This document shows positions 1 to 9,026 of a stretch of 24,000 nucleotides of DNA, piece after piece. The position numbers and the translations under genes were made by a program. The first letter of the stretch is position 1, and the number at the start of each line of letters is the position of its first letter. The stretch is from Terriglobia bacterium (GTDB lineage: Bacteria > Acidobacteriota > Terriglobia > Acidiferrales > UBA7541): NCBI GenBank assembly GCA_963746945.1, contig CAVVDG010000001.1, positions 99,077 to 123,076 on the forward strand. Reading direction: 5' to 3'. Under the pieces are notes generated by a model. That model did no database searches. It was not told where the DNA came from and was given only the letters and a program-made list of their open reading frames with translations.

Positions 1-1530
1 CTCCACCGAGTTTGGGTCCCGGTCGAGCGCTTGTTGGAACAGTTTCCCCGCGTCGCCGGGGCGGTTCTGCGCCGCTCGCAATTCCCCAAGCCGCGTGTAG
101 GCAGCGGCGTCGCCAGGAGCCACCTGCATGGCCTTGTTGAAATAGATCTCCGCCACGGCCATGTCTTTGCGCGCCAATCGCTCCGTGCCGCGATCGACAT
201 ACCCCTCCGCGGCGGTCGGCTCGTATTTCATCAGTTGGTCCGCGCTCTTGGCCAGCAGGTCCCAATCGCCTCGCCGTAGCGCCATCGAAGCCAGCGCGCG
301 CTGCGCGCCCACCAACCCGGGCGCCAGACGCAAGGTAGTCTGCCATTCGCTCTGCGCCAGATCGGGTTCCCCCGCCTGGTCGTACGCAACGCCCAGTTCA
401 AAATGGGCATTCGGGTTCTGCGCATCGTTCTTGATGGCTTCTCGCAGAATCGGTATGGCATCGTCGGGATGCCCGTTGCGGATCATAAATCGAGCGCTGG
501 TAACCTGGGCCTCCACATCGCCCGGGTCCTGTTTCAGAATCTGATCGTTGAGTTTCTTGGCCTCATCCGCCTTGCCCTGCCGGATCAAAACCTGGATGTA
601 GGTCTTGCGGACGGACAGGTCTTTGGGGTGCGCCTGAGAAAGGGCCGCAAATTCGGACAGGGCTTTTTCGAGCTGACCTGTTTGCAGGTAGAAATCGCCC
701 AGCATACGATAACCCTTTGGATTATTGGCAAGAGCCTGCTTGGCATCGCTCAGCGTACGTTCCGCATCGGCTTTGCGGCCTTGCGAAAGATAGAAGCGCG
801 CCAACTCCGCCCGCGGAGCAGGATCGGTCGGATTGGTGGCGATGGCGGAGTTGTACTGCCGCTCCGCATCGGCCCAGCGCTTCTGCGCGATGTACGTCTC
901 CGCTAGACCAAGGTGTCCGGGAAGGAACTTTGAATCGATCGAAAGCGATTTCTGAAAACTGGCCTCGGCGTCACTGGGCTTGTTGCCGCGCATTTGGAGC
1001 GCTCCCAGAGTGGAATAGCCCTCGGGACGCCCGGGTGACATCTGAATCGCCTTCTGCGCTTCTTCCGTAGCCAGATCCAGGTGTCCCAGTCCCAGATCCG
1101 CTTCGGACAATAGGATTGCCGCATCAAAATTACTCGGCTGCAGTTGCAGGGCCGCGGCGGACCGGTCATGCGCCTCTTGGAATTTCCGTGCGGCAAGCAA
1201 AATTTTCGCCAGGTCGGTGAGAGCGTTCACATTTTTGGGATCCAGCTCCACTGTGCGGCTCAACTCCTGAAACGCGCCCTGCAGCTGCGATTGCTTCAGG
1301 TAACACTGCCCCAACTGGTAGTGCGCATCAGCGAAGTCTGGATCGATCTGGATGGCGTTTTGGAACTCGATGGCGGCCTCGCGATAGAGGCCCTTCTGGA
1401 AATAGCTCATGCCGCTGGCAAAATATTTCTGCTCGCGAACCTTGGGATCGCGGGAACAGCCTGGCAGAATGGTGGACGTCAATACGACCAATACGAAGAA
1501 AACGGTCCAGAAACGAAGCCATGCGCGCAC
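1..1530 (-). CDS. TPR-repeat lipoprotein (C-terminal part runs off the left edge of the window)
   Basis: Absent from the ORF track because there is no in-window stop. My own minus-strand translation from GTG at 1530 gives VRAWLRFWTVFFVLVVLTSTILPGCSRDPK: a basic n-region, a hydrophobic core and an LPGC lipobox. About 500 open codons follow, with recurring TPR-like units such as YFQKGLYREAAIEFQNAIQIDPDFADAHYQLGQCY. GGAGGG lies 5-6 nt upstream of the GTG. An in-frame ATG at 1584 is an alternative start. Confidence 0.8.
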   Translation of the reverse strand, partial: MRAWLRFWTVFFVLVVLTSTILPGCSRDPKVREQKYFASGMSYFQKGLYREAAIEFQNAIQIDPDFADAHYQLGQCYLKQSQLQGAFQELSRTVELDPKNVNALTDLAKILLAARKFQEAHDRSAAALQLQPSNFDAAILLSEADLGLGHLDLATEEAQKAIQMSPGRPEGYSTLGALQMRGNKPSDAEASFQKSLSIDSKFLPGHLGLAETYIAQKRWADAERQYNSAIATNPTDPAPRAELARFYLSQGRKADAERTLSDAKQALANNPKGYRMLGDFYLQTGQLEKALSEFAALSQAHPKDLSVRKTYIQVLIRQGKADEAKKLNDQILKQDPGDVEAQVTSARFMIRNGHPDDAIPILREAIKNDAQNPNAHFELGVAYDQAGEPDLAQSEWQTTLRLAPGLVGAQRALASMALRRGDWDLLAKSADQLMKYEPTAAEGYVDRGTERLARKDMAVAEIYFNKAMQVAPGDAAAYTRLGELRAAQNRPGDAGKLFQQALDRDPNSVE

Positions 1531-1835
1531 GAAATCCCTCCATCCACAGCATACACTGGCCTGCACAACGGTGGACAATTCCATCGGAAACGATTCCGAG
1601 ACAGTAAACAGAACGCGCGAAACGAGAATCCTTCGCAATTTCACATGCGCAACCGATTGCAGGAAAAGCAACCCACTCGACTGTCATTCCGCCCCCTGGC
1701 AGGCGCCGGGGTTAAACTGCACGAGGCGTCCGGTTTCCAAAGGTCCTGACGACCGGGGGTATCGGACAGAAAACAGAAAGCAACTCTTTACCCTGCATTG
1801 GGGTTCATAATAGGGGTGCAAACTCAGGGGTTGGC

Positions 1836-3185
1836 ATGCGGCCAGGCATGAAACTTTCAAGATGGGGCGTGCTGTTCTGCGTGTTGATTGGATTTGCGAC
1901 GCAGGCGAGCGCCGGGGTGACGGTGCTTCTGGAAGAGCCCTACAGCTACGATGGCGCTCTGGCCGGGATCGGCCATACTGCCGTTTATCTGACGCACGTC
2001 TGCGCGGCTACCCCTATTCATCTGCGCCGCTGCGGACCGGGAGAGCGCGGCGTGGTCATCAGCCGCTACAACCGGATCGCGGGATATGACTGGATTGCGA
2101 TTCCGCTGATTCCCTACCTGTATGCCGTCGACAAACCGGAGGATGTCCCTCTGTCAGCGAACCAGAAGCTTGTCGCGTTTCTCAGGGACCAGTACCGGCG
2201 CGCCCATCTGGAAGAATTGGCGCCCGACACAGCTTCCGGAGACGCCCCGAAGGGCGACTGGGTCCAGCTCGTCGGGTCATCGTATAACCGCACCAGCTAC
2301 GGCTTCCAGATCGAGACCACGGCAGCGCAGGATGACGCGCTGATCCAATGGCTCAATTCCCGCCCGAACCGCGCGTCCTACAAGGTCCTATCCCGCAACT
2401 GCGCCGATTTCGTCCATGAGGTCGTGAACTTCTACTATCCCAAGGCCATCTCGAGAAGGGCCATCACGGACCTGGAAGTCATGACTCCCAAACACGCCGC
2501 CAAGTCGCTGGTCAAGTACAGCAAACATCATCCGGATTTGAAATTCACGCGGATCGTATTTCCGCAGGTGCCCGGCACGATGAAACGCAGCAAGCCGGTA
2601 CGCGGCGTGCTCGAATCGGTTGTTCGCGCGAAAAAATATATTCTTCCGCTGGCGGTATTCCACCCTATCGTCGCGGGCGGCGTCGCGGGGGCCTATTTGT
2701 TCGGAGACCGTTTCCACCCCGCGCGAAACGCGGTGGTTTTTAACATCCATGGCAGTCCGGAGGCGCCGCCGTCGGACGACGAGCGTCAAAGCTACCGCGA
2801 GGACCTGGAATCGGAACAGAATGCCCATGGGGATGGCGACGCCAAGGGCGACCGAGCCAGCTGGCGGGAGTTCCAGCAGAAGGCGCAACCGCAGCTGGAT
2901 GATTCCGGCCGTCCGGTACTGGCTGCATCGTACGGAGGGGATGAGGTTGAAATGGGCGTTACCCGGCAGGACCTGCCTCGCGACGACGTTCCGGCAACGC
3001 TGCAAAGAGGGCTGATGCTGGCGCGTCTGCGGCAAGCATTGTCCCGCAGCCGCTCTCCGAGAATATCCGGCGATGAACTCCGCAATGACTGGCAATTGCT
3101 GCAGGAGATCGATTCGGCCGAGCAGGAAAATGCTTCACGATCCGAGCAAGCCGGAAACGAGATACCCGAGCAGAGTTCCAATTGA
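1836..3185 (+). CDS. Secreted/membrane-anchored hypothetical protein with a permuted papain-fold (NlpC/P60 superfamily, LRAT/PPPDE-like) His...Cys signature
   Basis: 449-aa ORF with AGGGG 5-6 nt upstream of the ATG. It has a signal peptide (KLSRWGVLFCVLIGFATQASA/GV), then GIGHTAVYL (His47) and YKVLSRNCADFVHEVV (Cys189, TGC at 2400-2402). The latter resembles the NCEHF/NCNHF motif of LRAT/PPPDE proteins. A hydrophobic helix follows (ILPLAVFHPIVAGGVAGAYLFG), then a charged low-complexity tail of about 150 aa. Confidence 0.6.
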   Translation: MRPGMKLSRWGVLFCVLIGFATQASAGVTVLLEEPYSYDGALAGIGHTAVYLTHVCAATPIHLRRCGPGERGVVISRYNRIAGYDWIAIPLIPYLYAVDKPEDVPLSANQKLVAFLRDQYRRAHLEELAPDTASGDAPKGDWVQLVGSSYNRTSYGFQIETTAAQDDALIQWLNSRPNRASYKVLSRNCADFVHEVVNFYYPKAISRRAITDLEVMTPKHAAKSLVKYSKHHPDLKFTRIVFPQVPGTMKRSKPVRGVLESVVRAKKYILPLAVFHPIVAGGVAGAYLFGDRFHPARNAVVFNIHGSPEAPPSDDERQSYREDLESEQNAHGDGDAKGDRASWREFQQKAQPQLDDSGRPVLAASYGGDEVEMGVTRQDLPRDDVPATLQRGLMLARLRQALSRSRSPRISGDELRNDWQLLQEIDSAEQENASRSEQAGNEIPEQSSN

Positions 3186-3202
3186 AGTTCCCGGGCAGGC
3201 GC

Positions 3203-3240
3203 CTGGCATATTTACATATATAAATGTGCTGGCTCTTCTT
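3203..3240 (+). terminator. Possible weak intrinsic terminator after the 1836..3185 gene
   Basis: AU-rich hairpin CTGGCATATTTA-catata-TAAATGTGCTGG with a 12-bp stem that includes G-U pairs. It is followed by the pyrimidine tract CTCTTCTT. The U-tract is poor, so this is tentative. Confidence 0.3.
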
Positions 3241-3416
3241 GCAAAACCGTAAGACACTCTCTCTGCAACGACGATTCACTGTATCCGCTCGACTCACTTT
3301 CCACCGGTGAGCATTGACATTGGGCCACATTGGTTCTTAAGATTGGTTTTCGAAAAAAAATTTACGGATGTGGTGCCATTTTTAATTTGTATGCGTCTGT
3401 CTGAAAGAGAAACCCT

Positions 3417-4412
3417 ATGATTACTGTCAAAGGCCTTACAAAAAGGTACGCCCACAATACTGCCGTAGACCACATCTCATTTGAAGTCGAACGGGGGCAA
3501 ATCGTTGGTTTTCTTGGACCTAACGGCGCCGGCAAGACCACTACGATGCGCATGCTCACGTGCTTTTTGACGCCCTCGGGCGGTTCGGCGACCGTGGCGG
3601 GCTTCGATATCCTCGAACAGCCCCTGGAAGTCAAGAAACACATCGGATACCTGCCGGAAACGCCGCCAGTTTATCCGGAAATGCGCGTCGGCGAGTATTT
3701 GACCTTCGTGGGCCGGCTCAAGGGGCTTTCCGGGGCGGAACTCCGCACGCGCGTGGGCTATTCCTGCGAGCGCTGCTCGGTCGCGGACGTCCGGAACAAG
3801 ATCATCGGAAAGCTTTCCAAGGGCTACCGACAGCGCGTCGGCCTGGCTCAATCCATCATCCACAATCCCGACGTGCTGATCCTGGATGAACCGACGGCGG
3901 GGCTGGATCCAAAACAGATCAATGAGACGCGAGACCTCATCAAGAGCCTGGCCGGCGATCACACCATCATCTTGAGCACGCATATTCTTCCCGAGGTCAG
4001 CCAGACCTGCGAGCAGGTCATTATCATCAACAAGGGCAAGATCGTGGCCACCGACTCGGTGAGCAATCTGCAAAACCGCGCGCGCTCCGGAGAATCGGTG
4101 CTGGTTGAAGTTGCCGGCCGCAACGGCAGCCTGGATCCCGCCGCGGTGCAACACAAACTGGAGCAAGTCGCGGGAGTCAGCCGGGTTATCTCCAAGGCCG
4201 ACGGCCAGAAACGCGTGATTTTTGAAGTCGAGGGAAGCAAGGACCGCTCCATTCGCGGCGAAATCGCGCGCGCGGTCGTCGAATCCGGCTGGGACCTGAA
4301 TGAGCTGCGCGCCGCCGCGATCAGCCTGGAAGAAATCTTCCTCCAGCTTACCGGATCGGAAGCGCCCGCCGAACTGGAAGGCGTCGCGGCAGGGGGACAA
4401 AACCAATCATGA
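3417..4412 (+). CDS. ABC transporter ATP-binding protein (ABC-2 / GldA-like)
   Basis: Walker A GPNGAGKTT, signature LSKGYRQRV, Walker B VLILDEPTAGLD and H-loop STHIL. The stop TGA overlaps the ATG of the next gene (ATGA at 4409-4412). Confidence 0.93.
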   Translation: MITVKGLTKRYAHNTAVDHISFEVERGQIVGFLGPNGAGKTTTMRMLTCFLTPSGGSATVAGFDILEQPLEVKKHIGYLPETPPVYPEMRVGEYLTFVGRLKGLSGAELRTRVGYSCERCSVADVRNKIIGKLSKGYRQRVGLAQSIIHNPDVLILDEPTAGLDPKQINETRDLIKSLAGDHTIILSTHILPEVSQTCEQVIIINKGKIVATDSVSNLQNRARSGESVLVEVAGRNGSLDPAAVQHKLEQVAGVSRVISKADGQKRVIFEVEGSKDRSIRGEIARAVVESGWDLNELRAAAISLEEIFLQLTGSEAPAELEGVAAGGQNQS

Positions 4413-5177
4413 AGAATATCTGGATCATTTGCCGCAAGGAACTCCGCAGTTATTTCGTTTCTCCGGTCGCTTATATCCTGCTCGTCCTGTTTGCCGTCAT
4501 TTTCGGGTTCTTCTTCTGGAACTCGCTGGGCTATGTCGTGAACGTGGCCATGGAAGCCCAGATGCAAGGTGAACCGTTTACCATGAATGTCAACGAGCAG
4601 GTCGTGCGGCCCCTGCTTGCCAACCTCAACGTAATCGGCCTGTTTTTCATACCCCTGATCACCATGCGCCTGTTTGCCGAGGAAAAACGCAGCGGCACCA
4701 TCGAACTGCTCACCACTTCTCCCATCCGGGACTCCGAAGTGATCGTGGGAAAATGGCTGGCGGCGCTTCTGATGTATGCGGCTCATGCTGCTGACGACCG
4801 TGCTCGACTTCGTTTTCCTTTTCCGGTACGGCAACCCCGATTGGAAGCCAGTGGCCATCGGATTCCTGGGCCTTCTGCTGCAGGCCGGCGGGTTGCTGGC
4901 CATCGGAACGTTTATTTCCTCGCTCACGCGGAATCAGATCATCGCCGGCGCCGTGACGTTCGCGGTCTGCCTGTTGCTGTGGGTGCTGGGCTGGGTCAGC
5001 GAGTACAATAACGCCACGTGGGCCCAGGTGCTTTCCTATATGTGCGTGATCACGCACTTCGATTCGTTTGCCAAAGGCGTAATCGATTCAAGAGATGTGA
5101 TCTTTGACGCGACGGTGATCTTCCTGGGCCTGTTTTTTACCGCGCGTTCGATGGAATCCCTGCGTTGGAGGTCGTAA
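4409..5177 (+). pseudogene. ABC-2 type permease (GldF-like) interrupted by a +1 frameshift near 4772-4782
   Basis: ORF 4409..5011 reads like a permease up to ...GKWLAALLMY and then becomes Arg/Pro-rich nonsense. ORF 4776..5177, in the next frame, continues with LMLLTTVLDFVFLFRYGNPDWKPVAIGFLGLLLQAGGLLAIGTFISSLTRNQIIAG. Removing one base in the GCGG at 4778-4781 restores a single multi-TM permease of about 255 aa. Coupling signals at both ends are intact. Confidence 0.75.
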
Positions 5178-6551
5178 GTGAACAGCCGTTGGATCCAGGC
5201 AAGGCAAACCAAGTACGCGGTGTATGTAACGCTTTATATTCTCGTGATCCTGGGCATCGTTTCGGTGGCCAATATTCTGGGCGATCGCTACAACAAGTCT
5301 TATGACTCGACCTCGAACAAGCGCTACAGCCTGTCCGAGCAGACCGCGAAAATTGTAAAAGGAATCTCGCAGCCGACGACCATCACCTATTACGACAAGA
5401 ACAGCAACTTCCAAACCGCAAAGGACCTGCTGGACCGCTACACGACTCTTTCGACGCGCATCCACGTGGATTACATCAATCCCGACAAGGACCCCCAAGC
5501 AGCCCGCGCCGCCGGCATCACCAAGTACGGAACCACGATCGTGCAAGTCGGCACGAAAAAGAATGAAGCCAAGAGCTTGACTGAGGAAGACGTTACCGGC
5601 GCGATCATCCGCGACCTGAAAAACAATACGCGCACCGTTTGCTTTGTTTCCGGTAGCGGCGAACATCGCCTGGACGACACCGACCGCAACGGCTATTCGC
5701 ACCTGAAGGATGATCTGGGCAAGGACGACTATCAGACCAAGACCATCAGCCTGCTCGAAAAGCCCGAAGTCCCCGCGGACTGCACGGTGGTGGTGGTGGG
5801 CGGCCCCAAGAACGACTACCAGCAGCCGGAAGTGGACGCGATCAAGAAGTACGTCGAGCAGGGCGGCCGGGCGATGTTCCTGCTCGACCCGCCGCTGAAG
5901 ATCGGGCGCCCCACCGCGGACAACAATGCCCTGGCAAGCCTTCTGCAAAGTTGGGGCGTCACGCTGAAAAACAACCTGCTCCTGGATATGAATCCCGTGG
6001 GCCAATTGATGGGCGTGGGTCCCCAGATCGCCCTCGTCTCCGCCTACGAATCGCAACCGATCGTGGACGACATGAAGGGCACAGCGACCGGCTTCCCGCT
6101 TTCGCGATCGATGACCGTCAAGAATACGGATAAGACGAAGGTGCAAAAACTGTTCGAATCCTCCGCATCGACCTTTGCGACTTCCAAGCTGGATTCACCC
6201 AACGTCAATCCGAACGACCCCAGCAATCAGAGGGGTCCACTGACGATCGCCGCTGCGGGCAGCTATGCGACCGGCAAGAAAGATTCAGAGGGCCGCTTTG
6301 TGGTCGTCGGCAGTTCCATGTGGGCCGCCAATTCGTTTCTCAACTTCAATGGAAACAGCGATCTTGCTTTGAACGCGATGAACTGGCTTTCCTCGGACGA
6401 AGACCTGATTTCCATCCGCCCGAAACCTCCGGAAAACCGCAAGATCACCATGACGCAGTCTCAATTTGCCTGGGTACGGCTCAGCACTCAGTTTCTCCTG
6501 CCGGCCGCGCTGCTTCTGATGGGACTGTCGGTCTGGTGGCGGAGAAGGTAG
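5178..6551 (+). CDS. GldG-like ABC transporter auxiliary component
   Basis: GTG start immediately after the permease TAA stop, with GGAGG 6 nt upstream. It has an N-terminal TM helix (YAVYVTLYILVILGIVSVANIL), a large extracytoplasmic domain and a C-terminal TM helix (LSTQFLLPAALLLMGLSVWW). That is the architecture I associate with the GldG family, and it sits in the expected position after the ATPase and permease. Confidence 0.85.
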   Translation: MNSRWIQARQTKYAVYVTLYILVILGIVSVANILGDRYNKSYDSTSNKRYSLSEQTAKIVKGISQPTTITYYDKNSNFQTAKDLLDRYTTLSTRIHVDYINPDKDPQAARAAGITKYGTTIVQVGTKKNEAKSLTEEDVTGAIIRDLKNNTRTVCFVSGSGEHRLDDTDRNGYSHLKDDLGKDDYQTKTISLLEKPEVPADCTVVVVGGPKNDYQQPEVDAIKKYVEQGGRAMFLLDPPLKIGRPTADNNALASLLQSWGVTLKNNLLLDMNPVGQLMGVGPQIALVSAYESQPIVDDMKGTATGFPLSRSMTVKNTDKTKVQKLFESSASTFATSKLDSPNVNPNDPSNQRGPLTIAAAGSYATGKKDSEGRFVVVGSSMWAANSFLNFNGNSDLALNAMNWLSSDEDLISIRPKPPENRKITMTQSQFAWVRLSTQFLLPAALLLMGLSVWWRRR

Positions 6552-6591
6552 CGGGAACGCCGGGAAAACTTCATTCACCGCTGAAAATATT

Positions 6592-7926
6592 ATGATGAAA
6601 ATGCGACAACTTATCGCAGCCGCCGTCGTGCTTGCCGCGCTGGCCGCGACGCTTTACTGGTCCAACCACCACAAGCCGGCGGACACCAGCGCAAAAACCG
6701 ATGCGACCACAAAAATCATTTCCCTCACGCGGGATGACATCAACAAGCTGGAAATCAAGAAACAGGGCGAAGGCGACGTCGTTCTGAACCGAGTGGGGCC
6801 GGACCACTGGAAAATCACGTCGCCCAAAACGCTGATTGCCGATGAGAACGTGGTTTCGCCCATGCTCTACGCGCTTTCCCCCATGGATTCCGCCACGCTG
6901 ATCGAGGAAAAAGCCGGCGACCTGAAACCCTTCGGCCTGGCCGATCCCGCCGTCACCGTTTCCGTCACCGAAAAGGACGGCAAGACGCAGACGCTTCGGT
7001 TTGGCGACAACACACCCACCGGCGATTCCGCTTACGTGATGCTTTCCGGCGATCCGCGCCTGTTTTCCGTCGCCGCCGCCACCAAAACGGAATTCGACAA
7101 AAACCTCACGGACCTGCGGGACAAACGCCTGCTCCCGGTCGATTTCGAAAACATCACCAGCGTGCAAATCACCAATCCGAAACTCAACCTCACGTTCGGC
7201 TCCGACGACGGCCAATGGACCGTTCGCATTCCCAAACAAATGCGCGGGGACACCTCGAAACTCGAGGGCGTGATGGAAAAACTGAAAGAAGCCGACATGG
7301 ATCCCAGCACACCGACGGCGGAAATGAACAAGGCCGCGTCTTTGTTTGCCTCGGGGACGCCGGTGGCAACCGTGAAGGCGACCGATGCGTCAGGCACGCA
7401 GGAGCTGCAAGTTCGCAAGAACGGAAATGCCTACTACGCCAAGACCACGGCCATGAATGGCGCGTACAAGGTTTCGAACGATCTTGGCAAGGATGTGGCC
7501 CAGAATCTCGAGGAATTCCGCGAACACAGATTGTTCGATTTCGCGGCCGAAGATCCGGACAAAGTGGAAATGCACGACGGGCCCAAGGCGTATTACCTGA
7601 CGCACAGCGGCGAGGACTATTGGTCGGGGGAAGGCAAAAAGATGGACCCGCTGAGCGTGCAGGACTTTCTCCGCGTCGTCCGCACGTTGACCGCCACGAA
7701 ATTTGTGACATCCGGATTCTCAGACCCCACGATCAAAATTGTGGCCACCTCGCGGGGCGGCAAGCGCGTGGAAAAAGTGGACATTGCGAAAACCGGCGCC
7801 AACTACATCGCGAAGAGAGAAGACGGACCGACGCTCTATGAACTGGACCCGGCGCGAATCGCCGACTTGCGAAAAAACGCAGCCGCTATGAAACCTGCCC
7901 AGGCTCCCCCGGCCAAGAAGAAATAA
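6592..7926 (+). CDS. DUF4340-like domain protein, N-terminally anchored
   Basis: N-terminal anchor MRQLIAAAVVLAALAATLYW, followed by repeated beta-rich segments (KLEIKKQGEGDVVLNRVGPDHWKITSP...LRFGDNTPTGDSAYVML). As I recall, this is the usual fourth gene of GldA/F/G-like operons. Confidence 0.78.
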   Translation: MMKMRQLIAAAVVLAALAATLYWSNHHKPADTSAKTDATTKIISLTRDDINKLEIKKQGEGDVVLNRVGPDHWKITSPKTLIADENVVSPMLYALSPMDSATLIEEKAGDLKPFGLADPAVTVSVTEKDGKTQTLRFGDNTPTGDSAYVMLSGDPRLFSVAAATKTEFDKNLTDLRDKRLLPVDFENITSVQITNPKLNLTFGSDDGQWTVRIPKQMRGDTSKLEGVMEKLKEADMDPSTPTAEMNKAASLFASGTPVATVKATDASGTQELQVRKNGNAYYAKTTAMNGAYKVSNDLGKDVAQNLEEFREHRLFDFAAEDPDKVEMHDGPKAYYLTHSGEDYWSGEGKKMDPLSVQDFLRVVRTLTATKFVTSGFSDPTIKIVATSRGGKRVEKVDIAKTGANYIAKREDGPTLYELDPARIADLRKNAAAMKPAQAPPAKKK

Positions 7927-7966
7927 CCTCGATTTATTTCCGGCCGGATCCGTCGGGGCGATCGCC

Positions 7967-8010
7967 AAAAAAAACGGCGGGATCGAAGATTGTCTTCCCT
8001 CGATCCCGCC
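7967..8010 (-). terminator. Rho-independent terminator for the minus-strand MBL hydrolase gene
   Basis: On the minus strand, GGCGGGATCGA...TCGATCCCGCC forms an 11-bp perfect GC-rich stem (7976-7986 pairing with 8000-8010). It is followed by G plus T8 (A8 at 7967-7974 on the plus strand), 64 nt downstream of the stop at 8074. Confidence 0.7.
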
Positions 8011-8073
8011 GGTCAAGCCCGTAAAGCCCAAACCATTGTTCCACACGATCCGCGGCAAAGCGCGGTCGTGCGG

Positions 8074-8814
8074 TTAAGCCTTCGGATAAAAGTCAAGCAG
8101 GCGCACATCGATTCCCGTGCCCTCTAGGGCCTTCTTGAACACGGTGGTGTCCTGTCCCCGGTAGTGGTACGGAATCACGACCTTCGGATGAAACGCCTTG
8201 ACGGCTTCGGCTGCTTCTTCCGGAGGCATGGTGTAAGGCAGATTCATGCAAACAAACGCCACGTCAATGTTCTTGAGGGCGCGCATTTCCGGAGTGTTCG
8301 CGGTGTCGCCCGAAAAATAGAAGCGCTTGCCGCCATAGGTGAGCACGTACCCGTTACCGCGCCCTTTGGGGTGAAACAGCTGACCGGGCTTGGGACCCCG
8401 GGTCAGGTTGTACATGGGAATCGCTTCAATCGTCCAGGCGCCCCACGTTTTTGTTTCGCCGTTGGAAATCGGCATGGCCGTCGTCACCGTCTTCACCACT
8501 GCCGGGGGAGCCATAATTTCCGTTCCCGCCTTGCTCACCGTCTTGATCAGCGCGGGGTCCATGTGGTCGCCGTGGATGTCCGTGATCAGAATCAGATCAG
8601 CCTGCGGAAGTCCCGTGAACACGGCAGGCTTGGCAGGATCAAGGATGATGACCTTGCCGCCCGCTTCGATCTCCACCGAGGCATGGTATACCGGCGTGAT
8701 TTTCACCGGACCGGCCGACGTATCAAACGTCTGCGTAGGCCTCATCTGCGCCTGCACCCCCACCGCAAACAGGGCGATGGCTGCCAGAGAAAAAATCCGT
8801 ACAATTGATTTCAT
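8074..8814 (-). CDS. Secreted MBL-fold metallo-hydrolase
   Basis: Signal peptide MKSIVRIFSLAAIALFAVGVQAQ. It has the metallo-beta-lactamase-type motif LILITDIHGDHMD plus later His/Asp residues (FSGDT, PYHY). GGAG lies 7 nt upstream of the ATG. Confidence 0.85.
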   Translation of the reverse strand: MKSIVRIFSLAAIALFAVGVQAQMRPTQTFDTSAGPVKITPVYHASVEIEAGGKVIILDPAKPAVFTGLPQADLILITDIHGDHMDPALIKTVSKAGTEIMAPPAVVKTVTTAMPISNGETKTWGAWTIEAIPMYNLTRGPKPGQLFHPKGRGNGYVLTYGGKRFYFSGDTANTPEMRALKNIDVAFVCMNLPYTMPPEEAAEAVKAFHPKVVIPYHYRGQDTTVFKKALEGTGIDVRLLDFYPKA

Positions 8815-9026
8815 TTGAACACTCCTGTAGTTTATTGCACCCTGAACCTTCGGAATCTTAGCATGCGTGCAGCCCCCCTACAACTTCATCAACCGGAGGA
8901 ATCGTCTTCACGCAGTTTGCGGGCTCGCCGGAATCGCCGGTCTTTGCCCTGCCTGTACCAAAGGCCAGATGGCTCTTTCGCAATTTTTCGCGGACGAGTG
9001 ATTGTTGCCCTTCCACCCTGCGTAGA

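Noticed and set aside
1328-1687. 119-aa minus-strand ORF and 201-aa + ORF (1144..1749) at the TPR gene 5' end
   Set aside because: Both are out of frame with, or antisense to, the TPR lipoprotein frame. That frame has a lipobox signal peptide, an SD and continuous TPR repeats.
3196-3205. Perfect 10-bp palindrome CAGGCGCCTG just after the 1836..3185 stop, considered as a terminator
   Set aside because: With no loop it can form at most a 3-4 bp stem, and no U-tract follows. The AU-rich hairpin at 3203-3232 is the only, and weak, terminator candidate.
3477-4406. 309-aa minus-strand ORF covering the ABC ATPase gene
   Set aside because: It is antisense to a gene with unmistakable Walker/signature motifs. 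Its translation is Arg/Ala/Gly/Pro-rich with no motif. This is the typical stop-free shadow frame of GC-rich DNA.
5088-6146. 352-aa minus-strand ORF antisense to the GldG-like gene
   Set aside because: It has shadow-ORF composition (RRVEQEHRPAALLDVLLDR-type low-information sequence), no SD and no recognisable domain. The + strand gene explains the region.
6152-6161. GTTCGAATCC, the tRNA T-loop consensus
   Set aside because: The flanking bases cannot form a T-stem and no acceptor or anticodon arms are present. It lies inside the GldG-like coding sequence.
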